From positions 63,066 through 127,065 of the IMG/VR virus record IMGVR_UViG_651703017_000001: a stretch of 64,000 bases of DNA, one strand, 5' to 3'. Source of the DNA: a virus (Duplodnaviria; Caudoviricetes). A program made the position numbers and the translations under genes. Under the pieces are notes generated by a model. That model was not told the DNA's origin. It saw only the letters and a list, made by a program, of their open reading frames with translations, and ran no database searches. Below, one piece after another: positions 29,978-39,511 of the stretch. Position 1 is the stretch's first letter. Each line of letters begins with the position of its first letter.

Positions 29978-30253
29978 ATGAAACATTATTATAGTAAGAT
30001 GTCGTCGTTAGAGAGGCGCAAGGTAAGAGAGCAAATGGTTAAGGACCAAGAACAGAAATGTTGGTATTGTGGAACACTTATACACTCTGCCCCTTTAGCG
30101 CACATAGCTAACTTTAAACACAACGAGAGATTGTTCCCACCGTCAATGCTAAAGAACCCAATACACCTACATCATGACCACGATACGGATGAGTGTTTAG
30201 GAGCAGTACACGCTAAGTGCAATGTGTACATGTGGGAAGTGGAAGGTAAGTAA
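29978..30253 (+). CDS. Small Endonuclease VII-like HNH protein
   Basis: Q..KCWYC...IHLHHDH.T..CLGAVHAKCN; own promoter TTGACT(29922)-17-TATTAT and RBS AAGGAGG. Confidence 0.75.
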   Translation: MKHYYSKMSSLERRKVREQMVKDQEQKCWYCGTLIHSAPLAHIANFKHNERLFPPSMLKNPIHLHHDHDTDECLGAVHAKCNVYMWEVEGK

Positions 30254-30336
30254 TAAAGACTTTTGTATAAAAGGTGTTGCAAATAGAAAAACAGTATGTT
30301 ATGATAAGTATATAGAAAAGGGGATGAAAAAAAAAT

Positions 30337-31209
30337 ATGATTACAGTAAATGGACATAAGTTAAGAGTAGTAACTTTCCCAAATGGGGAGCGCACAATTG
30401 CAGTACCAAAGGAAACAAAAATGTATAACACGGCAACAGTGTACTGGAAATACGAGAATGATGGAGAGTTCGTTTTGCTTAACCAACTAGCAGACGTACT
30501 ACAAAACCTAGGTGTTGAAAACGTGGCTTGCTTAGTTGCTTACATGCCGTACTCACGTATGGACCGCCGAATGGGAGGGCACCCATTTAGTTTAGCGGTG
30601 GTAGGAGCTATGTTACCAAGAACATCTTGGAGCTACTCGGTTTTAGAACCGCATTCAGACGCAACATTAAGAGCGTTACCCGAATATGCTAGCCCTCATT
30701 ATGTAACAGTAGATTTAGTTAATGACTTTATCAAGGAAAGTAGCAACAGCAAAAGAGTTGTAGTGTTTCCAGATAAGGGCGCACGAGAGCGATACAAAGG
30801 TAAACTTGACATGGGCACTGACGGGGATAGCTGGATGTTTTACGGAGAGAAACAGCGAGACGAGCAAGGGAACATCATCTCACTAGCCTTATTCGAGTCC
30901 AAGACAGATTCTAAAGTGACAGTAGAGGACCCAGACTTTCTCCGAGGGTACGACGTAATTATTGCAGACGACTTAACATCGTATGGCGGTACTTTTATCC
31001 GCTGTGCTAAGATATTAAAAGAACTAGGGGCTAAGGATATTACTTTAGTTGTTACACACGCAGAGAAGTCTGTCCTTGATGGTGACCTCTTTGAGCATAT
31101 TGAGCACTTAGTAACTACAGACAGTATCATTTCACAAGAGGACGTAGACGCATCACCGTACAAGGACCGTATCACGGTAAACCCAATTATAACAGGAGGT
31201 AACAGCTGA
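30337..31209 (+). CDS. PRPP synthetase-like enzyme (NARP1 ADPR-PP synthetase, Adps)
   Basis: FPNGE, YMPYSRMDR, EPHS, FPDKGA, IADDLTSYGGTF, VTH; promoter TTGCAA(30277)-17-TATGAT. Confidence 0.88.
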   Translation: MITVNGHKLRVVTFPNGERTIAVPKETKMYNTATVYWKYENDGEFVLLNQLADVLQNLGVENVACLVAYMPYSRMDRRMGGHPFSLAVVGAMLPRTSWSYSVLEPHSDATLRALPEYASPHYVTVDLVNDFIKESSNSKRVVVFPDKGARERYKGKLDMGTDGDSWMFYGEKQRDEQGNIISLALFESKTDSKVTVEDPDFLRGYDVIIADDLTSYGGTFIRCAKILKELGAKDITLVVTHAEKSVLDGDLFEHIEHLVTTDSIISQEDVDASPYKDRITVNPIITGGNS

Positions 31210-32753
31210 TGAAGATAACAAACACACCAATCAAAGAAATCAGTGTACTACTAAGTGATTGCTATAAATTCGGTCACCGTACATTATACCCAGAGGGCAC
31301 TACTTATGTATACAGTACTTTAACACCTCGAGAGAACTCATACTTCCCTTGGAGTAAGACAATGACTGCATTTGGCTACGAGATGTTCGTTCAGAAATGG
31401 TTAATTGAGCACTTTAACACTAACTTTTTTGACTTAGACGTGGAGTCTGTTATCGAGGACTATGAATATGTAGTAGGTTCAGTATTAGGCGAAGAGAATG
31501 CAAGCTCGGACCACATCCGTAAACTACACTCATTAGGTAACTTGCCTATTCGTATTAAAGCTTTACCGGAAGGCGTACAAGTACCAATGAAGGTACCGGT
31601 ACTTACCATTGAGAACACACACCCAGACTTTGCATGGTTGACTAACTTCTTAGAGACATTATTAATCTCTGAAACGTTCGTAACATCTACTGTATCGTCT
31701 ATGGCACGACAATTCCGCATCATTTGTGAGAAGTACGCAGAGAAGACAGCAGACGACAACGGTTACATCGCTTACCAATGCCACGATTTCTCAGAACGAG
31801 GACAGCATGGTAACTATGCGTCACAATTAAGTGGTATTTCCCACTTGACAAGCTTTGTTGGTTCTGATACAATTCAATCAGGTATCCTAGCACATAACTA
31901 TTACAACGCAGACTTAGCAGGGGGAAAGACATTAGCCTCAGTATTAGCAAGTGAGCACTCAGTTATGCAAGCTTTTGGTAAGGACGAGAAAAACACATTC
32001 TTAACTTTACTTAAGCGTCACCCTAACGGTATTTTATCTTTAGTAAGTGACACGTATGACTACTATGGTATCTTAACAAACGTATTAACTGACCCAGAAG
32101 TTAAAGAGGCGATTATGGCACGTGACGGTAAGTTAGTCTTACGACCAGACTCAGGTATCCCAACAGAAATTATCGCAGGAAGCCCTCACGTAGCGAACAT
32201 GAAACGTATGGGACTACCTACCGGCGAACTAACGCCAGAAGATAAAGGAACATTAGAGTTACTATGGGAAATCTTCGGAGGAACGATTAACTCTAAAGGG
32301 TACAAAGTTCTTGACTCACACATCGGTTTACTGTATGGTGAAGGTATCACAATTGACTCAGCCACAGAGATTTTTGATGCTATGGAAGAGAAAGGGTTCT
32401 CTGCGGAGAACATTGTGTTCGGTGTAGGCGCTTTCGTTTACTCTGTTAATGTATCACGTGACTCATTTGGACAGGCAGTTAAATCTCAAATGGTAACAAT
32501 TAACGGAGAGGATAAGATGATTTTCAAAGACCCTAAGACAGACACCGCCCATCTTAAACGCTCGTTAAAGGGTCATGTAGCCGTTTTCGATAAAGAGGGT
32601 ACACTTACGGCTGTTGATGGCTTACCGAAGGACTACGAGCACGCAGAGGACCTTTTAGAGGTAATCTTTGAGAATGGTGAGCGTAAACGATATACTGATT
32701 TTGAGGATATTCGAGAAGTTATTGAGCAATCAGTTTTTGAGGAGTGTGAGTAG
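31209..32753 (+). CDS. Nampt-like enzyme (NARP1 nicotinamide ADPR-transferase, Namat)
   Basis: SDCYK..H..LYPEG, WLTNFLET, HDFSERG, ASEHSV, VSDTYD, LRPDSG, LYGEGI, GVGAF; translationally coupled to the PRPP synthetase-like gene. Confidence 0.9.
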   Translation: MKITNTPIKEISVLLSDCYKFGHRTLYPEGTTYVYSTLTPRENSYFPWSKTMTAFGYEMFVQKWLIEHFNTNFFDLDVESVIEDYEYVVGSVLGEENASSDHIRKLHSLGNLPIRIKALPEGVQVPMKVPVLTIENTHPDFAWLTNFLETLLISETFVTSTVSSMARQFRIICEKYAEKTADDNGYIAYQCHDFSERGQHGNYASQLSGISHLTSFVGSDTIQSGILAHNYYNADLAGGKTLASVLASEHSVMQAFGKDEKNTFLTLLKRHPNGILSLVSDTYDYYGILTNVLTDPEVKEAIMARDGKLVLRPDSGIPTEIIAGSPHVANMKRMGLPTGELTPEDKGTLELLWEIFGGTINSKGYKVLDSHIGLLYGEGITIDSATEIFDAMEEKGFSAENIVFGVGAFVYSVNVSRDSFGQAVKSQMVTINGEDKMIFKDPKTDTAHLKRSLKGHVAVFDKEGTLTAVDGLPKDYEHAEDLLEVIFENGERKRYTDFEDIREVIEQSVFEECE

Positions 32754-32754
32754 A

Positions 32755-32898
32755 ATGGATAAACGAATAATAGTAACTATCTTAGGTTTTGTCGTACTGT
32801 TTATTGGGTTCCAGCTAGGGTTTAACCCGGACCTCAAATACTACGTGTTAGGGGCGTCATCTGGACTATTTATCTCCACGTGGATTCCAGAGGATTAA
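32755..32898 (+). CDS. Small membrane protein
   Basis: 47 aa, two hydrophobic stretches; RBS GAGGAG. Confidence 0.6.
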   Translation: MDKRIIVTILGFVVLFIGFQLGFNPDLKYYVLGASSGLFISTWIPED

Positions 32899-32919
32899 TA
32901 AAAAAAAGGGGGAAATACA

Positions 32920-35115
32920 TTGAAACAACTAATTATTCTACGAGGTGTTATGGGAGCAGGTAAGTCAACTTTCGTTAACAACCACGGACTAGAGCCTTAC
33001 ACGCTCTCAGCAGACACGATTAGGACAGCCTACGGAGCACCTGTAGGCAAGCCTAACGGTGGGTATGGTGTATTCGCAGGTAAAGATGGTGACGTATGGT
33101 CATTTTTACTTGAGCGCTTAGAGGAACGAATGGAACGAGGAGACTTCACTGTTATTGATGCTGTTCATGCGGACACTAAAGCCTTTACAGAATACAAAAA
33201 GTTAGCAAAGACTTACGGTTATCGTATTTTCGTAGTTGACTTTTCTCATATTAGTTTAGAGACGGCTTTAGAGCAGAACAAGAAACGACCAGAACATAAG
33301 CACGTACCTGAGTTTGTTATTAAAGGCGCTCATGCACGTATCCAACGAGCTAAACTAGCAAACAGCCTAACACAGATTAAACCGTTTGAGTTTGACGAGG
33401 TTGTTAAGTGGCGAGTAACTGACCTTACAGGGAAGTACGCTAACATTCAAGTGTTCGGTGATATCCACGGTTCACTACAAGTGCTAGAGGAAGCTATACC
33501 AGAGATTAAGGAAGACACAAAGTACATCTTCTGTGGTGACTGGTTAGACCGTGGGACAGACCACGTAGGGACGTTCCGTTTCTTACAAAGCATTGCAGGT
33601 AAACCGAACGTAACATTGTTGATGGGTAACCACGATAAACATTTGGTTAACGCCAGTCTAGGTAAAGAAGTACGCTCTAACACGTTTAACCAGACTACGT
33701 TTAAGGAGCTAACAGAAGCAGGTATTACACTATCAGAGATTAAGAGTGTGATGCGTACCTTCTCCCAAGCATTCTATTTTAGTTTCCACGGGACAGATTA
33801 CTTAGCAACACATGGTGGTGTTCATCCGAAACACTTAGCTAACCTCAACAAACTTAGTACCGACACGTTAATTAACGGTGTAGGCGATTATAGCACTAAC
33901 ATTGACGAAATCTGGGATGAGTACAGCAAGGAACATGGGTTAACAACCGTACAGTTACATGGTCACCGTAATATGTACCACTTGCCTATGGATGCTTACG
34001 AGCTCTCTATTAACTTGGAGGGGCGAGTAGAACATGGCGGGCATTTACGCTATGTTAATATTAACGAGGCAGGTATCACTAACCATGAGGTTAAGAACAC
34101 TGCCGTTGTATATCGTGAGGACACTTCTGACCGAGAGGACAAAGACCTCACAGTAGCTGAATACATGGAGTTAGTAGAGGGTAACAAGTTCATCAATGTT
34201 CACCCAGTAAACGACCGTATTGTCTCAGTTAACTTTACACGTACAGCTTTCCGAAAAGGTAAGTGGACCGACATGGTTACTAAAGCACGAGGGTTGTTTG
34301 TAGACATTGAGGATAACACTATTGTTGCACGTAGCTACGATAAGTTCTTTAATGACAATGAGCGTTCATTCACACGTCAGCACGCACTTGAGGGTACAAT
34401 GAAATTCCCGGTGCATATCTATGATAAAGAGAATGGGTTCTTAGGTATTATTAGCTATGACAAGAAAGCAGAAGACTTCTTCTACGCATCTAAGTCACGT
34501 GGAGCAGATGGTAATTCACCACATGCAGACAAGGTACGGGAGTTTGCGGATAAATACCTCACAGATGAAGCACGAGCGTTCATCAAGGAAAACCCCGACT
34601 ACTCATTCATTTTTGAAGTGGAGGACCCTGTATTTGACCCACATATTATCGAATACAAAGAAGAGCGACTAGTACTCTTAGACGTTGTGCATAACACTAC
34701 GAAACAAGAGCTCGAACCATATGCTTTATTACTTCATATAAGTAACACAAAGGGCTTTACAATTAAGAAGAAACGTGTTATATTTAATACATGGAGAGAG
34801 TACTATACGTGGTACGTTAACACAACTGACCCAAGTAATGATGAAGCAATCGAAGGATTCGTAGTGCAGGACGCTACAGGCTTCCAGTTCAAGATTAAAT
34901 CACCATATTACAATCTATGGAAGGGTTTACGTCCGCAGATTGCACCTCACCAGAAAATTGGTGTTGGTTTCCTTGAGAAACGTACACTTAAGCGATTCTC
35001 TCCACAAGCGTACGAGTTCCTATACTGGTTAAATGAGCAAGAACCTTTCGAGGAACAGAAAAATATTATAGAATTACGTAATTTGTATCACAAAAGTGTT
35101 GACACTGACAAATAA
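32920..35115 (+). CDS. Polynucleotide kinase-phosphoesterase-RNA ligase fusion (RNA repair)
   Basis: GVMGAGKST..S.D.IR kinase; GDIHG/GDWLDRG/GNHD/THGG phosphoesterase; ARGLF, YDKFFN, KENG, FE, EGFV, KIK Rnl1-type ligase. Confidence 0.88.
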   Translation: MKQLIILRGVMGAGKSTFVNNHGLEPYTLSADTIRTAYGAPVGKPNGGYGVFAGKDGDVWSFLLERLEERMERGDFTVIDAVHADTKAFTEYKKLAKTYGYRIFVVDFSHISLETALEQNKKRPEHKHVPEFVIKGAHARIQRAKLANSLTQIKPFEFDEVVKWRVTDLTGKYANIQVFGDIHGSLQVLEEAIPEIKEDTKYIFCGDWLDRGTDHVGTFRFLQSIAGKPNVTLLMGNHDKHLVNASLGKEVRSNTFNQTTFKELTEAGITLSEIKSVMRTFSQAFYFSFHGTDYLATHGGVHPKHLANLNKLSTDTLINGVGDYSTNIDEIWDEYSKEHGLTTVQLHGHRNMYHLPMDAYELSINLEGRVEHGGHLRYVNINEAGITNHEVKNTAVVYREDTSDREDKDLTVAEYMELVEGNKFINVHPVNDRIVSVNFTRTAFRKGKWTDMVTKARGLFVDIEDNTIVARSYDKFFNDNERSFTRQHALEGTMKFPVHIYDKENGFLGIISYDKKAEDFFYASKSRGADGNSPHADKVREFADKYLTDEARAFIKENPDYSFIFEVEDPVFDPHIIEYKEERLVLLDVVHNTTKQELEPYALLLHISNTKGFTIKKKRVIFNTWREYYTWYVNTTDPSNDEAIEGFVVQDATGFQFKIKSPYYNLWKGLRPQIAPHQKIGVGFLEKRTLKRFSPQAYEFLYWLNEQEPFEEQKNIIELRNLYHKSVDTDK

Positions 35116-35157
35116 GTGTGGTATACTTAGGTAGTAAAGTTGAGAGGGGGTGTTACT

Positions 35158-35622
35158 TTGGAAAAATTCCAAAGAGTATCGAAAAATGATGTCGTAACAA
35201 TGTCGTTCGTAGGTTATGACGGCGTAGAGTTCACAATGGATTTACGTATCGAGATGGCGATGAGTGAGCATACACTTAACCAGTGCTTGTTAGAGCAACC
35301 CGGTAAGTACGCTTGGTGGGCAACAGTCTACTCAGACGCAAAAGCAGTGCTAGAACAAGAAGAGTTCAACCTATCAATACTAGAAGCTGAGTTAGGAAAT
35401 GAAGCACGAGACGTAATTGAGTCACAAGGCGGTAAGGCAACAGTAGCCAACGTCAAAGATTATGTACTTGTACAACCTCAGTATAAAGAATTGAAAGGTA
35501 GCGTTATTTGGTGGAGAGGTCACGTGTCTAAACTTAAATACGTGGTAGGAGCTTTTGAACAACGCAGTAACTCTTTAGCACAATTAGGAGCACAACTACG
35601 AGCAGATAAAAAACAAGTATAA
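35158..35622 (+). CDS. Conserved helical protein (UvsY-like recombination mediator, tentative)
   Basis: EQPGKY.WW and AFEQR motifs; precedes SSB-like and RecA genes; promoter TTGACA(35099)-17-TATACT; TTG start after GAGAGGGGG. Confidence 0.6.
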   Translation: MEKFQRVSKNDVVTMSFVGYDGVEFTMDLRIEMAMSEHTLNQCLLEQPGKYAWWATVYSDAKAVLEQEEFNLSILEAELGNEARDVIESQGGKATVANVKDYVLVQPQYKELKGSVIWWRGHVSKLKYVVGAFEQRSNSLAQLGAQLRADKKQV

Positions 35623-35647
35623 AACAAAACTTAGGAGGAAACAAACA

Positions 35648-36856
35648 ATGAATTTATTAGACCGTTTAAAACAACAAGCACAGGTACTCGAGACTAGCTC
35701 AGGAGGCGACTTCGAGTCTTACCAAGATTTCCCAGCACCCCGAAACCCGTTAGTTAAGTTATCTGTCAATAAGGTACCTGAAATTATGGTACGTATCATC
35801 CCTGCTCGTGAGTTCTTGGCAGGTGAAGAGAGCTCTACATTAGTGGGCGCAGGCTACCGCAAGATGGTCATCAACTATCCTAAGGACGGTAACCCGCACT
35901 CTCAAGGAGACACAATGTTTTCAGAAATCCGAGTTGGGTTAGAGAACAACCCTAACAGCAAGTTAGAGCAAGCTGTAGCTCGATATGCAGACTCTAAACA
36001 GTTTGAAAACTACGGAAAGTATCCCGGACCACTTAAGTACCAGAACCGTTACTTGGTAAACTTTGTACGTGTAGTTGAGATTAACAATGTATACACTAAC
36101 AACGTAGACGCTAATGGTGCACCAATTGTTGAAGTTATGGACATTCCGCAAAGTGCTTATGGTGACTTGTTAACTGCCTTAACTGACAATCGAAATGTCC
36201 CATCAGGTGCGGACACAGGTGGTTTAGGTATGTTATCTATTGGTACAGGGTTCCCATTAAACATTCAAATGGTTAAGAATGGTAACTTTAGTGAGTATAA
36301 GATTAGTCCTTACGGTACTATCGCTTTACCACCGTTACCAGCAAACATGCTTGACTATGTGGAAGACGTGACTAAGCTAGCTTACCTCACAGAGGATGTA
36401 GCTCCTAACCGCACAGCTCGCTTAATTGAAGACTGTGATAGCATTTTGGCTAAGGCTGAGGGTGGCGGTCAAGTACACCAACCAGCACAGACACAATACC
36501 AAGCACCTGTTGCTAACACACAACCACAATACCAAGCACCTGTAGCCCACACGCAACCACCGGTTCAACCTGCGTACACACCGCCAGCACCGGTTCAACA
36601 ACAACAACAACCAGTTCAACAACAACCAGTTCAACAACAACAACCGGTTCAACAACAACAACAACAACCGGTTCAACAACAACAACAACAACCGGTTCAA
36701 CAACAACAACAACCAGTTCAACAACAACAACAACAACAACCGGTTCAACAACAACAACAACCGGTCCAACAACCAGCAACTAACAGCGTCCCATCTAACG
36801 TATCGGCTATGGAAGACTTAATTAACCAAGCGTTATCTGTCGGAAACTCAAACTAA
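35648..36856 (+). CDS. Putative single-stranded DNA-binding protein with Q/P-rich tail
   Basis: VRIIP N-terminal domain, low-complexity linker, short helical end; position before recA. Confidence 0.65.
   Translation: MNLLDRLKQQAQVLETSSGGDFESYQDFPAPRNPLVKLSVNKVPEIMVRIIPAREFLAGEESSTLVGAGYRKMVINYPKDGNPHSQGDTMFSEIRVGLENNPNSKLEQAVARYADSKQFENYGKYPGPLKYQNRYLVNFVRVVEINNVYTNNVDANGAPIVEVMDIPQSAYGDLLTALTDNRNVPSGADTGGLGMLSIGTGFPLNIQMVKNGNFSEYKISPYGTIALPPLPANMLDYVEDVTKLAYLTEDVAPNRTARLIEDCDSILAKAEGGGQVHQPAQTQYQAPVANTQPQYQAPVAHTQPPVQPAYTPPAPVQQQQQPVQQQPVQQQQPVQQQQQQPVQQQQQQPVQQQQQPVQQQQQQQPVQQQQQPVQQPATNSVPSNVSAMEDLINQALSVGNSN
36590..36772 (+). repeat. Coding VNTR CC(G/A)GTT(CAA)n encoding nine PV(Q)n units
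   Basis: Directly visible CAA runs. Confidence 0.95.
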
Positions 36857-36935
36857 GGTTGTAATAGAAAAGTAGTGTAGGAGAGGGCAACCTCTCTTAA
36901 ACTATATTAAAATACTAATAGGGAGCGATGTGTAT

Positions 36936-38114
36936 ATGGCAAGAAAGAAAACAGTAAAAGGTAAAGACGGGGCATTTGATTTACGAGGACTAACAGAGGG
37001 CTTAGAAGGGTTTTCTCTATTAGAGGACTCTACCTTTGCCACAGTAGAGGATGTATTACCGCTACTGCTACCTCAGATTGATTCACAACTTGCTGGGGGG
37101 TTCCCTTTTGGACGATTCAGTGAGCTATCAGCGAAAGATGGTGTGGGTAAGTCTATGACTGCCATTCAAGCCACTAAGATAGCGGTTCAAATGAACGCCG
37201 TTGTGGTGTGGATTGATGTAGAAGGAACAGCATCTAAAGAGCAGTTGTCACGTATGGGCATTCCAGTGGACCGTGTTATTGTACGCCAGCCAGACCCTAA
37301 GTCATCAGAGCCTTTAACAGTGGAGTCTGTAGGCGAGTCAATCGCTGACATGCTTGAGATGATTGCAGGACAGGACATCCCATTACTTATTATTTGGGAT
37401 AGTATCGGGCAAACACCCGGAGCCAAGACAATGGATAAGGACTTCGGTAATGAGCAACCCGGTATCCACGCTAAAGCAGTTACTAACGTTGTTCAAAAGT
37501 TAGCACCATTCATTACTACACAGAATGTATTGTTTATGGGTATTAACCAAGTCCGAGATAACATGGGAGCTACTATGTTCGGACCTAAGACCAGCACACC
37601 GGGTGGGCGAGGACTTAAGCATTATGCCTCTGTTCGCTTCGAGTTATCAGCGGTAGGACAACTGAAACGAAGTATCAAGGGTGAGCAGGTTTACTACGCT
37701 CACAAGGTTAGATACAAGCTTGCTAAATCCAAGGTGTCTATCCCTAACTCTCAAGGAGAGGCAGTTCTATTCGCAGGTGACGGGTTCAATGAGATTGTTA
37801 ACACATATTACACAGCACGAAATATCGGGCTATTAGGCACCAAGACCGGAGGAGCTACCTACACAACAGACGCAGGAGAAGAGCTCAGCATGGCAGAACA
37901 GGTGTTTATTGAGTACCTACTTGACCCAGAGAACTTCGAGATTACTAAAGAAATCCACCAGAAGCTTACAATGTGGTATTTCCCTCACTGGTACCCTGCT
38001 TTTGATAACGTGCATGCTAAGGTAGATGGTATCCCTCTTTTAGAGGGCTTAAGAGAGAAGTACGAAGCGTTAGGCTACACAGGAGCTAAGAACCAAAAAG
38101 GAGAGTACATGTAA
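36936..38114 (+). CDS. recA: RecA/UvsX-like recombinase
   Basis: GGFPFGR.SEL, AKDGVGKS, WIDVE, IWDSI, INQVR, TPGGRGLKHYASVR. Confidence 0.92.
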   Translation: MARKKTVKGKDGAFDLRGLTEGLEGFSLLEDSTFATVEDVLPLLLPQIDSQLAGGFPFGRFSELSAKDGVGKSMTAIQATKIAVQMNAVVVWIDVEGTASKEQLSRMGIPVDRVIVRQPDPKSSEPLTVESVGESIADMLEMIAGQDIPLLIIWDSIGQTPGAKTMDKDFGNEQPGIHAKAVTNVVQKLAPFITTQNVLFMGINQVRDNMGATMFGPKTSTPGGRGLKHYASVRFELSAVGQLKRSIKGEQVYYAHKVRYKLAKSKVSIPNSQGEAVLFAGDGFNEIVNTYYTARNIGLLGTKTGGATYTTDAGEELSMAEQVFIEYLLDPENFEITKEIHQKLTMWYFPHWYPAFDNVHAKVDGIPLLEGLREKYEALGYTGAKNQKGEYM

Positions 38115-38186
38115 GCCTACGGGCTTGTACTGGCGTTTAAAACAACCAAGAGGCTTAACCGCCTCTTTTATTATAAGGAGGAGCAC

Positions 38187-38501
38187 ATGACAGCACAAAC
38201 TAAGATACAAGTAAAAGATATTTTAAACGCACGCACTGTTGCTTTAAGTAATATGAGTGAGGCTGTTTACAATAAGGTAAAAGAAACACTCACACCGTTT
38301 GTAGGAAAAGTTGTCGTGGTTGATTACGCAGGGGAAACAGTAACCCAAGTCGTAAAACTTACTCACCTATACGAACGATGGGCTCGAGGTCATGTTAAGT
38401 GTATGACTATCGAAGGAATGCAGGAGATACCAGTCACAATCCACTACTCAGACGTAGTAACTAACTCTGTACGCTTGACGACAAGCAAGGGGGAGATTTA
38501 A
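38187..38501 (+). CDS. Conserved hypothetical protein
   Basis: 104 aa, RBS AAGGAGG, between recA and sigma factor. Confidence 0.7.
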   Translation: MTAQTKIQVKDILNARTVALSNMSEAVYNKVKETLTPFVGKVVVVDYAGETVTQVVKLTHLYERWARGHVKCMTIEGMQEIPVTIHYSDVVTNSVRLTTSKGEI

Positions 38502-39061
38502 TGGCTACTGTTGATATGGCAAGAGACCTCGATAGGTTATACGAGCAGTATCGCCCGTTAAGGCTAAGCCTAATCACTCAGTTCGCACCTGATTGTGTGG
38601 ACTCAGCTACTAAAGAGGAGCTTCCTTCTTACATAGACGAGCAATTTATCAGGTTAACATTAGAGTACGATGTGTCATCGCCTGTAGATTACCCCGGTTA
38701 TATCAAGATACTTCTTACGTTACGTACAAAGTACAGCTTTATTGATATTCGCAACAAGAAAGCGAATGCTGAAATCCTAGAGGACATCACAGACCCTATG
38801 ACAAGTAATATAGCTAATAAGGTCTATACGGACGGCGAACAAGAGGAGAGCCTAGCAGAGCTCCTAGAGGACATATACAGCCGTGTTCATCTTCCAGACT
38901 TAGAAACAATAATACTGGGTAGGCTTATCCGAGGTCACCGATTGTTTGACATTCGTAGGTACTTAAAGGAGAACCATAGTAAGTACAGTACAAAGGAAGT
39001 AACCTCAGCGATTAACAACATCAAGGAAATCTGTTTATTGGTACAAGGTACTCCACTTTAG
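38501..39061 (+). CDS. Phage RNA polymerase sigma factor
   Basis: LY.QY.PL, EEL.SYIDEQF..L..EYD....VDYPGYI region-2 pattern; synteny. Confidence 0.75.
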   Translation: MATVDMARDLDRLYEQYRPLRLSLITQFAPDCVDSATKEELPSYIDEQFIRLTLEYDVSSPVDYPGYIKILLTLRTKYSFIDIRNKKANAEILEDITDPMTSNIANKVYTDGEQEESLAELLEDIYSRVHLPDLETIILGRLIRGHRLFDIRRYLKENHSKYSTKEVTSAINNIKEICLLVQGTPL

Positions 39062-39062
39062 T

Positions 39063-39070
39063 TATATTAT
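39063..39070 (+). promoter_or_regulatory. Candidate phage-sigma (late) promoter element TATATTAT
   Basis: Upstream of holin; same motif precedes genes at 49488 and 52164 and the minus-strand cassette, none with a -35 box. Confidence 0.5.
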
Positions 39071-39097
39071 TAGTATCGAGCTAGAGGAGGACATATA

Positions 39098-39484
39098 ATG
39101 CCAATAAACAAAGACAAAATCAGTGAGAGCACAAAAACAATCGTTGAAACTGTAGGAGAAATCAATCAGACAGTAAGCGAAGCAAAACAAGAGTTTAAAG
39201 ACAACGAAGGACAAAAGGTTGTAGTGGAGGTACCTAACGTACCCGCTACTGTATCGCCAGCACTAATTGGTAAGCTAATAGCCTACGTAGTTATTTTAGT
39301 AAACGCAGTGTTAGCTATCTTAGGGTATGACCCTATCCATCTAGCAGACGACACAGTTTACCTTGTGAGCTCCGTAATTACCTTAGTAGGTGGTTTTGGT
39401 TATGCTACATGGAAAAACCATGACATCACCGAGAAAGCACGTAAGAAAGCAGAAGTAACTGAGCAAGTGAAAGACGAACTATAA
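39098..39484 (+). CDS. Holin (SPP1-like)
   Basis: Two TM helices, LVN.VL..LGY.PI, WKN.DIT.KA. Confidence 0.8.
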   Translation: MPINKDKISESTKTIVETVGEINQTVSEAKQEFKDNEGQKVVVEVPNVPATVSPALIGKLIAYVVILVNAVLAILGYDPIHLADDTVYLVSSVITLVGGFGYATWKNHDITEKARKKAEVTEQVKDEL

Positions 39485-39511
39485 ACCAACAATCAGAAGG
39501 AGTGACTAATA

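Noticed and set aside
36422-36779. Minus-strand poly-Leu and poly-Val ORFs
   Set aside because: Antisense shadows of the CAA repeat
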